From the NCBI GenBank assembly GCA_032718475.1, contig JAUCBJ010007113.1, positions 6,513 to 70,512 on the forward strand: a DNA stretch of 64,000 bases. The letters are read 5' to 3'. This stretch comes from Nemertoderma westbladi. Taxonomy: Eukaryota; Animalia; Xenacoelomorpha. A program made the position numbers and the translations under genes. Below the pieces are notes generated by a model that was not told the DNA's origin, did no database searches, and worked only from the letters and a program-made list of their open reading frames with translations. Shown here piece after piece: positions 48,701 through 60,900 of the stretch (the first letter of the stretch is position 1; the number at the start of each line of letters is the position of its first letter).

Positions 48701-51700
48701 GTCTAGCACAGCCACCCAGCCGCCACTCCGTACAGAATTGGTGTGTCTAGCACAGCCACCCAGTCGCCACTCCGTACAGAATGGGGGTGTCTAGCACAGC
48801 CACCCAGCCGCCACTCAGTACAGAATGGGGGTGTCTAGCACAGCCACCCAGCCGCCACTCAGTACAGAATGGGGGTGTCTAGCACAGCCACCCAGCCGCC
48901 ACTCAGTACAGAATGGGTGTGTCTAGCACAGCCACCCCAGCCGCCACTCCGTACAGAATTGGTGTGTCTAGCACAGCCACCCAGTCGCCATTCAGTACAG
49001 AATGGGTGTGTCTAGCACAGCCACACAGCCGCCACTCCGTACAGAATTGGTGTGTCTAGCACAGCCACCCAGTCGCCATTCAGTACAGAATGGGTGTGGC
49101 TAGCACAGCCACCCAGTCGCCACTCAGTACAGAATGGCTGTGTCTAGTACAGCCACCCAGCCGCCACTCCGTACAGAATGGGTGTGTCTAGCACAGCCAC
49201 CCGGCAGCCACTCAGTACAGAATGGGTGTGTCTAGCACAGCCACCCAGCCGCCACTCAGTACAGAATGGGTGTGTCTAGCACAGCCACCCAGCCGCCATC
49301 AGTACAGAATGGGTGTGTCTAGCACAGCCACCCAGCAGCCACTCAGTACAGAATGGGTGTGTCTAGCACAGCCACCCCAGCCGCCACTCAGTACAGAATG
49401 GGTGTGTCTAGCACAGCCACCCCAGCCGCCACTCAGTACAGAATGGGTGTGTCTAGCACAGCCACCCAGCCGCCACTCAGTACAGAATGGGGGTGTCTAG
49501 CACAGCCACCCAGCCGCCACTCAGTACAGAATGGCTGTGTCTAGCACAGCCACCCAGCCGCCACTCAGTACAGAATGGGTGTGTCTAGCACAGCCACCCC
49601 AGCCGCCACTCAGTACAGAATGGGTGTGTCTAGCACAGCCACCCAGCCGCCAGTCAGTACAGAATGGGTGTGTCTAGCACAGCCACCCAGCCGCCACTCA
49701 GTACAGAATGGGTGTGTCTAGCACAGCCACCCAGTCGCCACTCAGTACAGAATGGGTGAGTCTAGCACAGCCACCAAGTCGCCACTCAGTACAGAATGGG
49801 TGTGTCTAGCACAGCCACCCAGCCGCCACCCAGTACAGAATGGGTGTGTCTAGCACAGCCACCCAGTCGCCACTCAGTACAGAATGGGTGTGTCTAGCAC
49901 AGCCACCCAGCCGCCATACAGTACAGAATGGGTGTGTCTAGCACAGCCACCCAGCCGCCACTCAGTACAGAATGGGTGTGTCTAGCACAGCCACCCCAGC
50001 CGCCACTCCGTACAGAATGGGTGTGTCTAGCACAGCCACCCCAGCCGCCACTCCGTACAGAATGGGTGTGTCTAGCACAGCCACCCAGCCGCCACTCAGT
50101 ACAGAATGGGTGTGTCTAGCACAGCCACCCAGCCGCCAGTCAGTACAGAATGGGTGTGTCTAGCACAGCCACCCAGCCGCCACTCAGTACAGAATGGGTG
50201 TGTCAGGCACAGCCACCCAGCCGCCACTCAGTACAGAATGGGTGTGTCTAGCACAGCCACTCCAGCCGCCACTCCGTACAGAATGGGTGTGTCTAGCACA
50301 GCCACCCCAGCCGCCACTCCGTACAGAATGGGTGTGTCTGTCTAGCACAGCCACCCAACCGCCATTCAGTACAGAATGGGTGTGGCTAGCACAGCCACCC
50401 AGCCGCCACCCAGTACAGAATGGCTGTGTCTAGCACAGCCACCCAGCCGCCACTCAGTACAGAATGGGTGTGTCAGGCACAGCCACCCAGCCGCCACTCA
50501 GTACAGAATGGGTGTGTCTAGCACAGCCACCCAAGCCGCCACTCCGTACAGAATGGGTGTGTCTAGCACGGCCACCCAGTCGCCACTCAGTACAGAATGG
50601 GTGTGTCAGGCACAGCCACCCAGTCGCCACTCAGTACAGAATGGGTGTGTCTAGCACAGCCATCCAGCCGCCACTCAGTACAGAATGGGTGTGTCTAGCA
50701 TAGCCACCCAGTCGCCACTCAGTACAGAATGGGTGAGTCTAGCACAGCCACCCAGCCGCCACTCAGTACAGAATGGGTGAGTCTATTACAGCCACCCAGC
50801 CGCCACTCAGTACAGAATGGGTGTGTCTAGCACAGCCACCCAGCCGCCACTCAGTACAGAATGGGTGTGTCTAGCACAGCCACCCAGCCGCCACTCAGTA
50901 CAGAATGGGTGTGTCTAGTACAGCCACCCAGCCGCCACTCAGTACAGAATGGGTGTGACTAGCACAGCCACCCAGCCGCCACTCAGTACAGAATGGGTGT
51001 GTCTAGCACAGCCACCCAGCCGCCACTCCGTACAGAATGGGTGTGTCTAGCACAGCCACCCAGCAGCCACTCCGTACAGAATGGGTGTGTCTAGCACAGC
51101 CACCCAGCAGCCACTCAGTACAGAATGGGTGTGTCTAGCACAGCCACCCAGCCACCACCCAGTACAGAATGGGTGTGTCTAGCACAGCCACCCAGCAGCC
51201 ACTCAGTACAGAATGCGTGTGTCTAGCACAGCCACCCCAGCCGCCACTCAGTACAGAATGGGTGTGTCTAGCACAGCCACCCAGCCGCCACTCAGTACAG
51301 AATGGGTGTGTCTAGCACAGCCACCCAGCAGCCACTCAGTACAGAATGGGTGTGTCTAGCACAGCCACCCCAGCCGCCACTCAGTACAGAATGGGTGTGT
51401 CTAGCACAGCCACCCAGCCGCCACTCCGTACAGAATGGGTGTGTCTAGCACAGCCACCCAGCCGCCATACAGTTCAGAATGGGTGTGTCTAGCACAGCCA
51501 CCCAGCCGCCACTCAGTACAGAATGGGTGTGTCTAGCACAGCCACCCAGCCGCCATACAGTACAGAATGGGAGTGTCTAGCACAGCCACCCAGCCGCCAC
51601 TCATTACAGAATGGGTGTGTCTAGCACAGCCACCCAGCCGCCATACAGTACAGAATGGGTGTGTCTAGCACAGCCACCCAGCCGCCACTCAGTACAGAAT

Positions 51701-53317
51701 GGGTGTGTCTAGCACAGCCACCCAGCCGCCACTCAGTACAGAATGGGTGTGTCTAGCACAGCCACCCAGCCGCCATACAGTTCAGAATGGGTGTGTCTAG
51801 CACAGCCACCCAGCCGCCACTCAGTACAGAATGGGTGTGTCTAGCACAGCCACCCAGCCGCCATACAGTACAGAATGGGAGTGTCTAGCACAGCCACCCA
51901 GCCGCCACTCATTACAGAATGGGTGTGTCTAGCACAGCCACCCAGCCGCCACTCAGTACAGAATGGGTGTGTCTAGCATAGCCACCCAGCCGCCACTCAG
52001 TACAGAATGGCTGTGTCTAGCACAGCCACCCAGCCGCCACTCAGTACAGAATGGGTGTGTCTAGCACAGCCACCCAGCCGCCACTCAGTACAGAATGGGT
52101 GTGTCTAGCACAGCCACCCAGCCGCCACTCAGTACAGAATGGGTGTGTCTAGCACAGCCACCCAGCCGCCATACAGTATAGAATGGGTGTGTCTAGCACA
52201 GCCACCCAGCCGCCACTCAGTACAGAATGGGTGTGTCTAGCACAGCCACCCAGCCGCCACTCAGTACAGAATGGGTGTGTCTAGCACAGCCACCCAGCCG
52301 CCACTCAGTACAGAATGGGTGTGTCTAGCACAGCCACCCAGCCGCCATACAGTACAGAATGGGTGTGTCTAGCACAGCCACCCAGTCGCCACTCATTACA
52401 GAAAGGGTGTGTCTAGCACAGCCACCCAGCCGCCACTCAGTACAGAATGGGTGTGTCTAGCACAGCCACCCAGCCGCCACTCAGTACAGAATGGGTGTGT
52501 CTAGCACAGCCATCCAGCCGCCATACAGTACAGAATGGGTGTGTCTAGCACAGCCACCCAGCCGCCACTCATTACAGAATGGGTGTGTCTAGCACAGCCA
52601 CCCAGCCGCCATACAGTACAGAATGGGTGTGTCTAGCACAGCCACCCAGCCGCCACTCAGTACAGAATGGGTGTGTCTAGCACAGCCATCCAGCCGCCAT
52701 ACAGTACAGAATGGGTGTGTCTAGCACAGCCACCCAGCCGCCACTCAGTACAGAATGGGTGTGTCTAGCACAGCCACCCAGCCGCCACTCAGTACAGAAT
52801 GGGTGTGTCTAGCACAGCCACCCAGCCGCCATACAGTACAGAATGGGAGCGTCTAGCACAGCCACCCAGCCGCCACTCAGTACAGAATGGGTGTGTCTAG
52901 CATAGCCACCCAGCCGCCACTCAGTACAGAATGGCTGTGTCTAGCACAGCCACCCAGCCGCCACTCAGTACAGAATGGGTGTGTCTAGCATAGCCACCCA
53001 GCCGCCACTCAGTACAGAATGGCTGTGTCTAGCACAGCCACCCAGCCGCCACTCAGTACAGAATGGGTGTGTCTAGCACAGCCACCCAGCCGCCACTCAG
53101 TACAGAATGGGTGTGTCTAGCACAGCCACCCAGCCGCCACTCAGTACAGAATGGGTGTGTCTAGCACAGCCACCCAGTCGCCACTCAGTACAGAATGGGT
53201 GTGTCTAGCACAGCCACCCAGCCGCCATACAGTACAGAATGGGTGTGTCTAGCACAGCCACCCAGCCGCCACTCAGTACAGAATGGGTGTGTCTAGCACA
53301 GCCACCCCAGCCGCCAC
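42753..53317. repeat. Tandem array D, 44/45-bp unit, ~240 units, derived from the 3' end of the glutathione synthetase CDS
   Basis: Minus-strand unit is GTGGCGGCTGGG(G)TGGCTGTGCTAGACACACCCATTCTGTACTGA, which encodes VAAGVAVLDTPILY*. The last unit (53273-53317) is the gene's own C-terminus. Confidence 0.98.
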
Positions 53318-54649
53318 ACCCCCATCATCATACGAAACATCCTTGGAGCGCATCAACCAACCCACTTCCCTATTGACTACAACCTCGGTCCCGCGGCCCA
53401 GAATCACCCCGAAGATCCCCAGTTCCGATACTACGTCGGCGGGTTGGATGGCCGAACCCGGACGCACAATGTAGTTGGGATGGGTCGGCGGGTATATCCG
53501 CTCCATGGCGACGAACTCCGAGAGTTGGGAAGACGGGGTCGATCGTATCACAGCGACCATCGCATCCCCGTATAAGTTATTACCGCCGCCTTCCCGCTGC
53601 GGTTTCAACACGAAGTCCAACGGACGTTCTAGAATCTCGGCTAATATTCCGCTATCCGGATCGTCTAAACTCCACATTTTCGCGAAAGTTTGTCGAATCG
53701 CCGAAATCTTGACCGGGTCGTCTAGCAACCGTTCCAGAACGCCGTCACACGATAGAACCTGCTGCACTTTCTTTGTGCCGGCGAGATGGTATCCGATGGA
53801 GGGGCAGTTTATAGCGAACGAGGCTTCCATCATGGATCGGGCATCCCAATCGCTATCCGTCGGATAATCATTGGGGTCGTAGCCACACCGGTAGTAAACC
53901 ACCGATATCTCGCGCCCTTTATACACCAACTTCCGGTTCGTTAAAACCCCAGACTTAGTGACGTCATTAAAAGTGACTCTAAACACCCTGCGTCTCGATC
54001 CCGAATCGTCCAAGGACTTTATCCCCAACTCTAGAAGTCTTTGGTCGAATACGTTCGAATCGATGTCACGAACTACGAACAGAATAGCAGTGTTACTAGA
54101 CTTGTGGGACGTCTCGTAATATTTTACTGCGTCTAATAATCCCCGACACAATCCCAAACAACTGTCATTCGCCGGTATTTCTACTTCGTCGCACCGTAGA
54201 ATATCGCGAGTAGCGTTTCTAAGATTAATCAACTTCCCGATTAAACAACCGAAACTAGCGGATATAGTATTCAGTTCAATTTGTCGCAAAACCCCGGAAA
54301 TGCTCGTTTTAGAGGAGTTCACCATGTAATCGCTACGAAACAACCCCAACATGGGTTTATCTGCGCCGAACTGCAAATGCAAATCTAGAAGTTTCTTGGT
54401 GAATGAATCGTGTTTCACCGTCACCGAAAGAGAGTTATGGAGAAAGTTTTTGTTAGTCGCTACTCGATGAATCAACTCGTTGAAGTATGTTTGTACGTTG
54501 AGCGCTCGGTGGAAGCAGTCTTTAGGGAAGGGCGTGCCGTATACGGTAAACGGAGCGATCTGCACGCCGCCCTGAGGATCTCGCATAATCAGTCCGTTTA
54601 TTAAGGCATAATCGGTTAGTGTTCGCTGGTCCTCAACGGATGGCTCCAT
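53273..54649 (-). CDS. GSS: Glutathione synthetase (eukaryotic type, ATP-grasp), 458 aa, intronless CDS
   Basis: Uninterrupted ORF from ATG 54649 with the conserved eukaryotic GSS motifs FRSDYM, QIELNTISASF, YYRCGY, LAGTKKVQQ, VLKPQREGGGNNLYG, SELGIFG and GGVAAG. Confidence 0.96.
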   Translation of the reverse strand: MEPSVEDQRTLTDYALINGLIMRDPQGGVQIAPFTVYGTPFPKDCFHRALNVQTYFNELIHRVATNKNFLHNSLSVTVKHDSFTKKLLDLHLQFGADKPMLGLFRSDYMVNSSKTSISGVLRQIELNTISASFGCLIGKLINLRNATRDILRCDEVEIPANDSCLGLCRGLLDAVKYYETSHKSSNTAILFVVRDIDSNVFDQRLLELGIKSLDDSGSRRRVFRVTFNDVTKSGVLTNRKLVYKGREISVVYYRCGYDPNDYPTDSDWDARSMMEASFAINCPSIGYHLAGTKKVQQVLSCDGVLERLLDDPVKISAIRQTFAKMWSLDDPDSGILAEILERPLDFVLKPQREGGGNNLYGDAMVAVIRSTPSSQLSEFVAMERIYPPTHPNYIVRPGSAIQPADVVSELGIFGVILGRGTEVVVNREVGWLMRSKDVSYDDGGVAAGVAVLDTPILY

Positions 54650-54915
54650 TGCTATACCAATTTGGAGAGACAACAATAACTGCTAACTAATAATTATTAG
54701 TGCAATATACAATCCACGTGGACAAAACTTTAAAATGTCAGAATGTAGTCGCAATGTCAATTAAATAATAATCTCAGCTTACCGGTATATCATGTTTATG
54801 TAGCTACGAGCAATAATTTGTAAGTGCAGCTGATATTCGAGTTCGAGAACGTTAATCAAAGCAAAACGTCTATTGAAACTCTAGACTGGAGCAAAATAAA
54901 TAGACTGATAGAAGT

Positions 54916-55211
54916 GGCTACTGACCGGACCCACTGACCGGACCAACTGACCGAGCCCTCTAAATACCGTATTGAAAGCTTGATATTTGATTTATATTTT
55001 ACTTGTTTATTATTGACCGGAGCATTATTACCACAATTAAGTAACCAGTATAATCTAGTAACATGTGTTAACTTTTGTTTATTGTTTTGGTTCCCCCAAC
55101 ACGCCTCTGTAACTGTAACCTGCTCCTTTACCAACCTGCTCCTTTAAATGACAATGGGTCCGGTCAACGGGTCCGGTCAATTGAGCAATGGATCCGGTCA
55201 GGTCAGTAGCC
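54916..55211. mobile_element. MITE with GGCTACTGACC TIR and subterminal TGACCGGACC repeats, ~270 bp upstream of the GSS start
   Basis: Ends read ggctactgaccggacccactgaccggacc... and ...gggtccggtcaacgggtccggtca...ggtcagtagcc. No TSD seen. Confidence 0.7.
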
Positions 55212-56151
55212 TTTGACAAAATAAATATTTATAAAACAATGTAATAATTCTAAATTCGTTAATAAATTATAAACGTTGCTGATCTAGAAGAAACCATAAG
55301 AGTACTGGAGTACAGCAGAAAAAACATTTAATTCGTTGAGTATAAAGTGGAAATTAAAGTCTTTATTGTTCGTGATTTGCGGGCAAAAGAGGATATATTT
55401 TAAATAAATGTAATTTCATGTGTTCTCAGTTCTCTACCCGGACCTTCTGTATGCAATTTCGACCATCAGGTTATGGGTTAGCTACTTGTACTGTAGCCTG
55501 TTGTGCATAAATTGCATTGTGGGAGCATGGCCTACTGTTTCAGAAATAATTGCAGAATGAGTGGTTACTGGGTTAGGTAAGTAAAAGATAAGGTTGCATA
55601 GACGCAGACGGGCGGAATAAGCCATTAACTAACAATAATGAACACATGTTAGAAGAGGCAGTAGATGGGTTAATTACTACATGTATACAGTGTGTAGATA
55701 CAGTAGATACTCTAGTAATGTCCTGTCAGCCTGTAGGAGTTCTGAATGTACCATATGGCAGAAAGTCCATGACCCCAGGAAATAGTTGCAACAACGGTAG
55801 TTACAGTAGTTTCGATTGTGTTGCAAGTTTCAATATTATTGCTATTTCTGAAACTTTTTTGAAAAATGACTTTTCACAACATTTATTAAATATATCTGGT
55901 TACCAGGCGCCTGTAGTCTGCAACAAAGCCAATGGGACAGCCTGTCCCCGGACAGCCCATGACGGTGTTGCAGTTTACCTACATGACGGGTTATCAACCT
56001 CACATAGATCAGATCTGACTTTACGAGATCTCGAAAACGTCTGGGTTGAACTGGATAACGGCACCAACACCTCTGTCGTTGTTGGTACCATTTACAGACA
56101 AGGCAAGGCTCCGCTCATACTCTATTGAGTCATTCTACTGTATACAGTGTT

Positions 56152-59100
56152 GGTGTTGGTAAAAAGTCAGGTCAGGTCCCCAGATCCTGCTATCACTATG
56201 TCAGTAATGTGGTACTACCTGTAGCTGTCAGCCCTGTAGGGCAGCCCCGATAAACGCCAGTAGCCTATTCATTATTTAGTTGATCAAGAGTGGGTTGGTT
56301 TTAGCCCCGTGTAACAGGCTGAGATAACTCCCCGCCAAATATGACTCCCCAGTCATCTCAGCCTAGGCTGAGAACACTCCCCAGTTTTTTCCCTAGATTT
56401 CTTAATTAACAGAAAGGAGCAGGTTACAGTGGCGGGCTTTTCTAACCAAAACAATAAAAGATATCTCAATAACATAGGTTACAGTATTATTTTTGCAATA
56501 TACGAAACGAACACAGGTGCGGATATGAATTATAACTTAATTAGGGGAGTCATCTCAGCCTAAGCGGAGTCATCTCAGCCTAAGGGGAGTCATCTCAGCC
56601 TAAGGGGAGTCCTCTCAGCCAAAGGGAGTGTTCTCAGCCTAGCCTGAGATAACTGGTGAGTGTTCTTAGTCTAGGCTGAGATAACTGGGGAGTGTTCTCA
56701 GCGTAGGCTGAGACGACTGAGCAGTGTTCTTAGTCCGTCAACTAAATAAGTCATTGAGGGCTATAGCGCCTAGGGCGCCATTGAAGGCAAAGGCTTGATA
56801 CGCATCTGCAATAGAGGTGATACACGCCCCGCTCTGTCTATACTGGATACCTAACCCAGGAGGCACACTTGTTTCAGGCTGTAACAAAAGGACCCCTACA
56901 GTCGGCAGCAGGGCTGTAGGATATGGATAGGCGGAAAGGTAATCAACCAACGGCTAGACATGCTGACAAGGTCAGCGGAAGGTAATCAACCAACGGCGAC
57001 CTACTGCGAAGATGCTTGTAGGAGTTGCGACAACAAGCGGTTTACACTCGCAACTGAAAGATATGAGTATGAGAACCCTCCAGGAGAAATACCAGCTCGG
57101 TCGTCGCCCGGGTCAACAAGGACCGCGTCCCACAGTGGTACACCAGGCTGGGGTCGATAAATTGGCTACTGGATCAGAAGACAGAGAAGAAAGAAGAACC
57201 AACTTGTTGAAATGTAAAAAGACACTAAAGATTGCTACAATGAACGCACGCACGCTGAAAGCACATAGCAAACAGGGTGACATGGTCGCTCTGGCAATGG
57301 AATATAACATCAACATCATCTGCATCAAAGAACATCGGATTTGTCATGAAGACACTGCCATGAAGTACAATGACATTGGAAATGGAAGGACGTTAGTAAC
57401 AAGCTCAGCGGTAAGAAACTCGGCCAATGCATCAATTGGTGGAGTAGGAATTCTGCTAAGCCCATTCGCACTTAAGACCCTAAACAACATCGAATCTATA
57501 AATTCCAGGGATATGATCGCAACATTTGATGGGAATCCCAAGACAACAGTTATATGTTGCTACAGTCCAACCAATGCCTCAGAGCCAGAACAAGCAGTCA
57601 AGTTTTACGAAGATCTGACTGGACTTATAAAGGACATTCTGAAACACAATGTTAAAGTCATTGCTGGTGACCTGAATGCGCAAATTGGCCCAGAAGACAC
57701 CAAGGGTTACACATATAACACCAATTCTAACAGAAATGGGTACTTACTTTTAGACCTAATGGAAGAAGGTGAATTTATACCAACAAACAACACATTCGAA
57801 AAGAGTAAGGGGAAGCTATGGACCTTTCAATACCCTAATGGAACCAAAGCGCAACTGGATTACATCCTTATTAACAAAAAGTGGAGAAACAGCATGATCA
57901 ACTGCGAGGCATACAGCTCGTTCAACCTAATTAGTTCGGAGCACAGAATTGTGACTGCAGAGATCAGACTCAGTTTGAGAGCCAGCAAACCCAGGACAAG
58001 CAAGCAAATCAACTACAGTATGACTGGGAGAAACTCAGAACTGACAATGCAGTAAAGGATGCTTACACAGTAGAAGTTCAAAACCGCTTTGAAGCACTTC
58101 AGTCAATGGATGAAGACCAGTCCACCGATTCAATATACCCGAATATAATAACAGCCCACAAGGAATCAGATATGAGGCATATCACCCAGAAACCCAAACA
58201 AAAACATTATGTGCCATGGCAAAACTCTGAGGTTACTTCTAAGAGAGAAGATCTTAAGATAGTCTACAAAGTTAAAACCGAACAACCAACAACCGAAAAC
58301 ATTAACAAGGTTGAGAAAGCTAAGGACGATCTTAAATTGGCCTACAACAGCAGCCAGGAAAAGTACATACAGGATAAAACTGAAGCAATTACAACTGCTC
58401 ACATACAGCAACAATCAAGACTTACCTGGCAAACTGTAAATGAGGTATCGGTCGGAAAAGTTGTGCAAAGGGGCGCCTCAAAGCCGCTAGTCCTGAAGAA
58501 CGTGTTGGGAAGTGGAAAAATCACTTCAGCAACTTGCTTGGGCAGCCACCAAACATCGAGGTCAGCCCTACAAGGAAAATATATGACAACACACTACCTA
58601 TAGAAACAGGGGACTTTAAACCTGCCGAACTCCGAAATCCAACGGATTTCGACCAAGTAGATCAACAATAGCTCAGATACTTGCACTACGGAGAAATTAT
58701 GTTATTATTATGAAAGTTATTATATGTTATGTTATTATATGAAATTATGTATTGAAGGAATTAAGTCAAAGAATCTCCCCGCAGTCATGACATTTGTGGA
58801 CATCAAGAAAGCATTCGACTCCATCCATAGAGGCAAAATGCTTGAAATACTAAGAGCTTATGGAATACCAGAAGTAATTGTTGCTGGCATTGGATTGTTA
58901 TATTGTGATACAGAAGCACAGGTACTCTCACCAGATGGTAAAACTGAGTTTTTCTCAATCCTGGCTGGCGTACTGCAAGATGACACATTAGCACCATTAC
59001 TATTTGTAATTGTGCTGGATTACGCAATGAGGACAGCCACAAAGGGTGAAGAACTGGGATTCACACTTCAAGAACGCAGAAGTAGTAGATATCCGGCAAC

Positions 59101-59884
59101 TACAGTCACAGACACCGACTTTGGGGATGACATCGCCCTGCTCTGTAATACGCTAGCAGATGCACAGTTTCTACTACTGTAAATACAGTGGAGAAGGCTG
59201 CTAAGGAGGTTGGATTGCATATAAATGCTGCCAAGACCGAATTCATGATCTTTAATGTCGATGGAAACTTGACAACCATTGATAATAATCAACTAAGGAA
59301 GGTCGATGACTTCCAGTACCTTGGATCATGGATAGAGAGTAGCAAAAAGGACATAGAAGTTAGGAAAGCAAAGGCTTGGGTAGCTCTATCAAAAATGGAT
59401 ACCATCGGGAAATCAGATCTCTCCAGGCACCTGAAGACTAAGTTCTTTCAAGCCACAGTGGAAAGTGTATTTTTATACGGGGGTGAAACCTGGACACTGA
59501 CGAAATCACTTGAACAACGAATTGATGGTTGCTACACAAGACTACTAAGGGCAGCCCTAAACATCAGCTGGAGACAACACATGACAAACGCCGAGCTTTA
59601 TGGTACAATACCACCTGTATCAACCACCCTCCGTGAACGCAAATTAAGATTCAGTGGGCACTGCTGGCGAAGTAAAGACGAGGTCATACCAGATCTACTT
59701 TTCTGGCAACCAACTCAAGGAAAGCGTAGTCGTGGACGACCGGCCATAACATATATAGATCAACTTGAAAGGGATACTGAACTTGGGAGAAACGAAATTG
59801 CGAAAACTATGGAGAATCGGGATGCCTGGAAGGATCTCATTTCCACTGTCCGAGTTCGCTCGACCTAGTAGTAGTACAGTAGTA
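56152..59884 (+). mobile_element. Near full-length RTE-clade LINE (5'UTR, APE, RT), inactivated
   Basis: APE ORF 57012-58055 (ATMNARTL, IAGDLNAQ, LDYILI); RT motifs FVDIKKAFDSIHR, DTDFGDD, FQYLGS, RFSGHCWR; (TAG)n tail. TSD gtatacagtgtt (56140-56151) / gtatgcagtgtt (59885-59896). Frameshift at ~58015, deletion at ~58640, stop at 59180. Confidence 0.95.
56311..56737. mobile_element. Foldback-like MITE with AGGCTGAGA(T/A)(A/C)ACTCCCC subterminal repeats, inserted in the RTE 5'UTR
   Basis: It is absent from the sister RTE copy, where agccccgt|caacta is contiguous at ~1890. Inverted arrays of ggctgaga / tctcagcc lie on both sides. Confidence 0.8.
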
Positions 59885-60900
59885 GTATGCAGTGTTAGAT
59901 GAAAATTTCAGATCGTTAGTTTTAAATCTAAATCTCAAGTTATCCTGTTAGGTGACTTCAACGTTGACCTGCTGAAAAACAACGAATACTCGCTCACCTT
60001 TTTATCTAAATTCAGCAATATGGTTATAATCAATTAATTAACCAAGCCACTAGAGTTTATGGAAACTCTAAGACCTGTATCGATCATATTTTTTCCAACT
60101 CATCATCATCATTTAGTTCGTCATTTCTTTCTAAAATAGGTACCTCAACTTACAGCAAAGCACCAATGAAGCCCTGGATAACTAAAGGTATTCTGAGAAG
60201 TATTACTAATAAAAATAAATTATACGCCACATACAGAGCATCTCCGTCTGTGGCATAGTGGGTTTCCTATACATCGTATCGGAATAAACTTAATAGTTTA
60301 ATACGCAAAGCTGACCTACTACAGTATAAATCTGGGATAGCCAATTGTGGTTCCCATCCAAAAAAAATTTGAAAGGTTGTCAATGGAATTTTTAATAAAA
60401 AGGGCAACCGGGTGTGTCCTTCAAAATTAATAGATCCTGTTACTAAGGCAGTTTATACTGATCGCCAGCAGATCGCTGGTGTTTTTAATTCATATTTTCT
60501 CGTACTGTAGGGTCGTCTCTTGCTACAAAAATTCCTCGTGGTTCTCGTAATCCCCTTTATTTGCCAACAACGCAACAGAATTCATTTGTCCTTTCAGAAA
60601 CATCCGAAGCCGAGGTATTGCTGTACCTTTACGAGCTTTCTGATAAAAAATCAACCAATGACAGGTTCCCAATTAAATTGTTAAAACTCGCAGCACAAAT
60701 TCAATTGCTGGTTGTTTAGCCGAAATGTATAACAATTAATTGTTGGTGTTCTGGTGTGTTTCCCGATATATTTAAGTTAGCTGAGGTTGTTCCTGTACAC
60801 AAATCCGGCTCGCCATATGATCCGGTGAGCTATCGCCCAATATCTCTACTGCCTGTGCTGGGGAAGGTATAGCGTATAGGTATAGTATTTTATGTAATAT

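Noticed and set aside
43088-50703. Many MGVSSTATQPP... ORFs, and the MLIKNSYLSW... ORFs in array A
   Set aside because: They are by-products of tandem repeats and end after a few units because the unit length is not a multiple of 3.
9636-53317. CRISPR interpretation of arrays A, B, C and D
   Set aside because: Units are head-to-tail with no unique spacers, there are no cas genes, and the context is eukaryotic.
53283-54604. Plus-strand ORFs overlapping GSS, and other antisense ORFs over the LINEs
   Set aside because: They are shadow ORFs of genuine opposite-strand coding sequence.
54650-54676. N-terminal extension MLSLQIGIA of GSS from the ORF track
   Set aside because: It begins at a non-ATG codon. 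The eukaryotic start is most plausibly the ATG at 54649.
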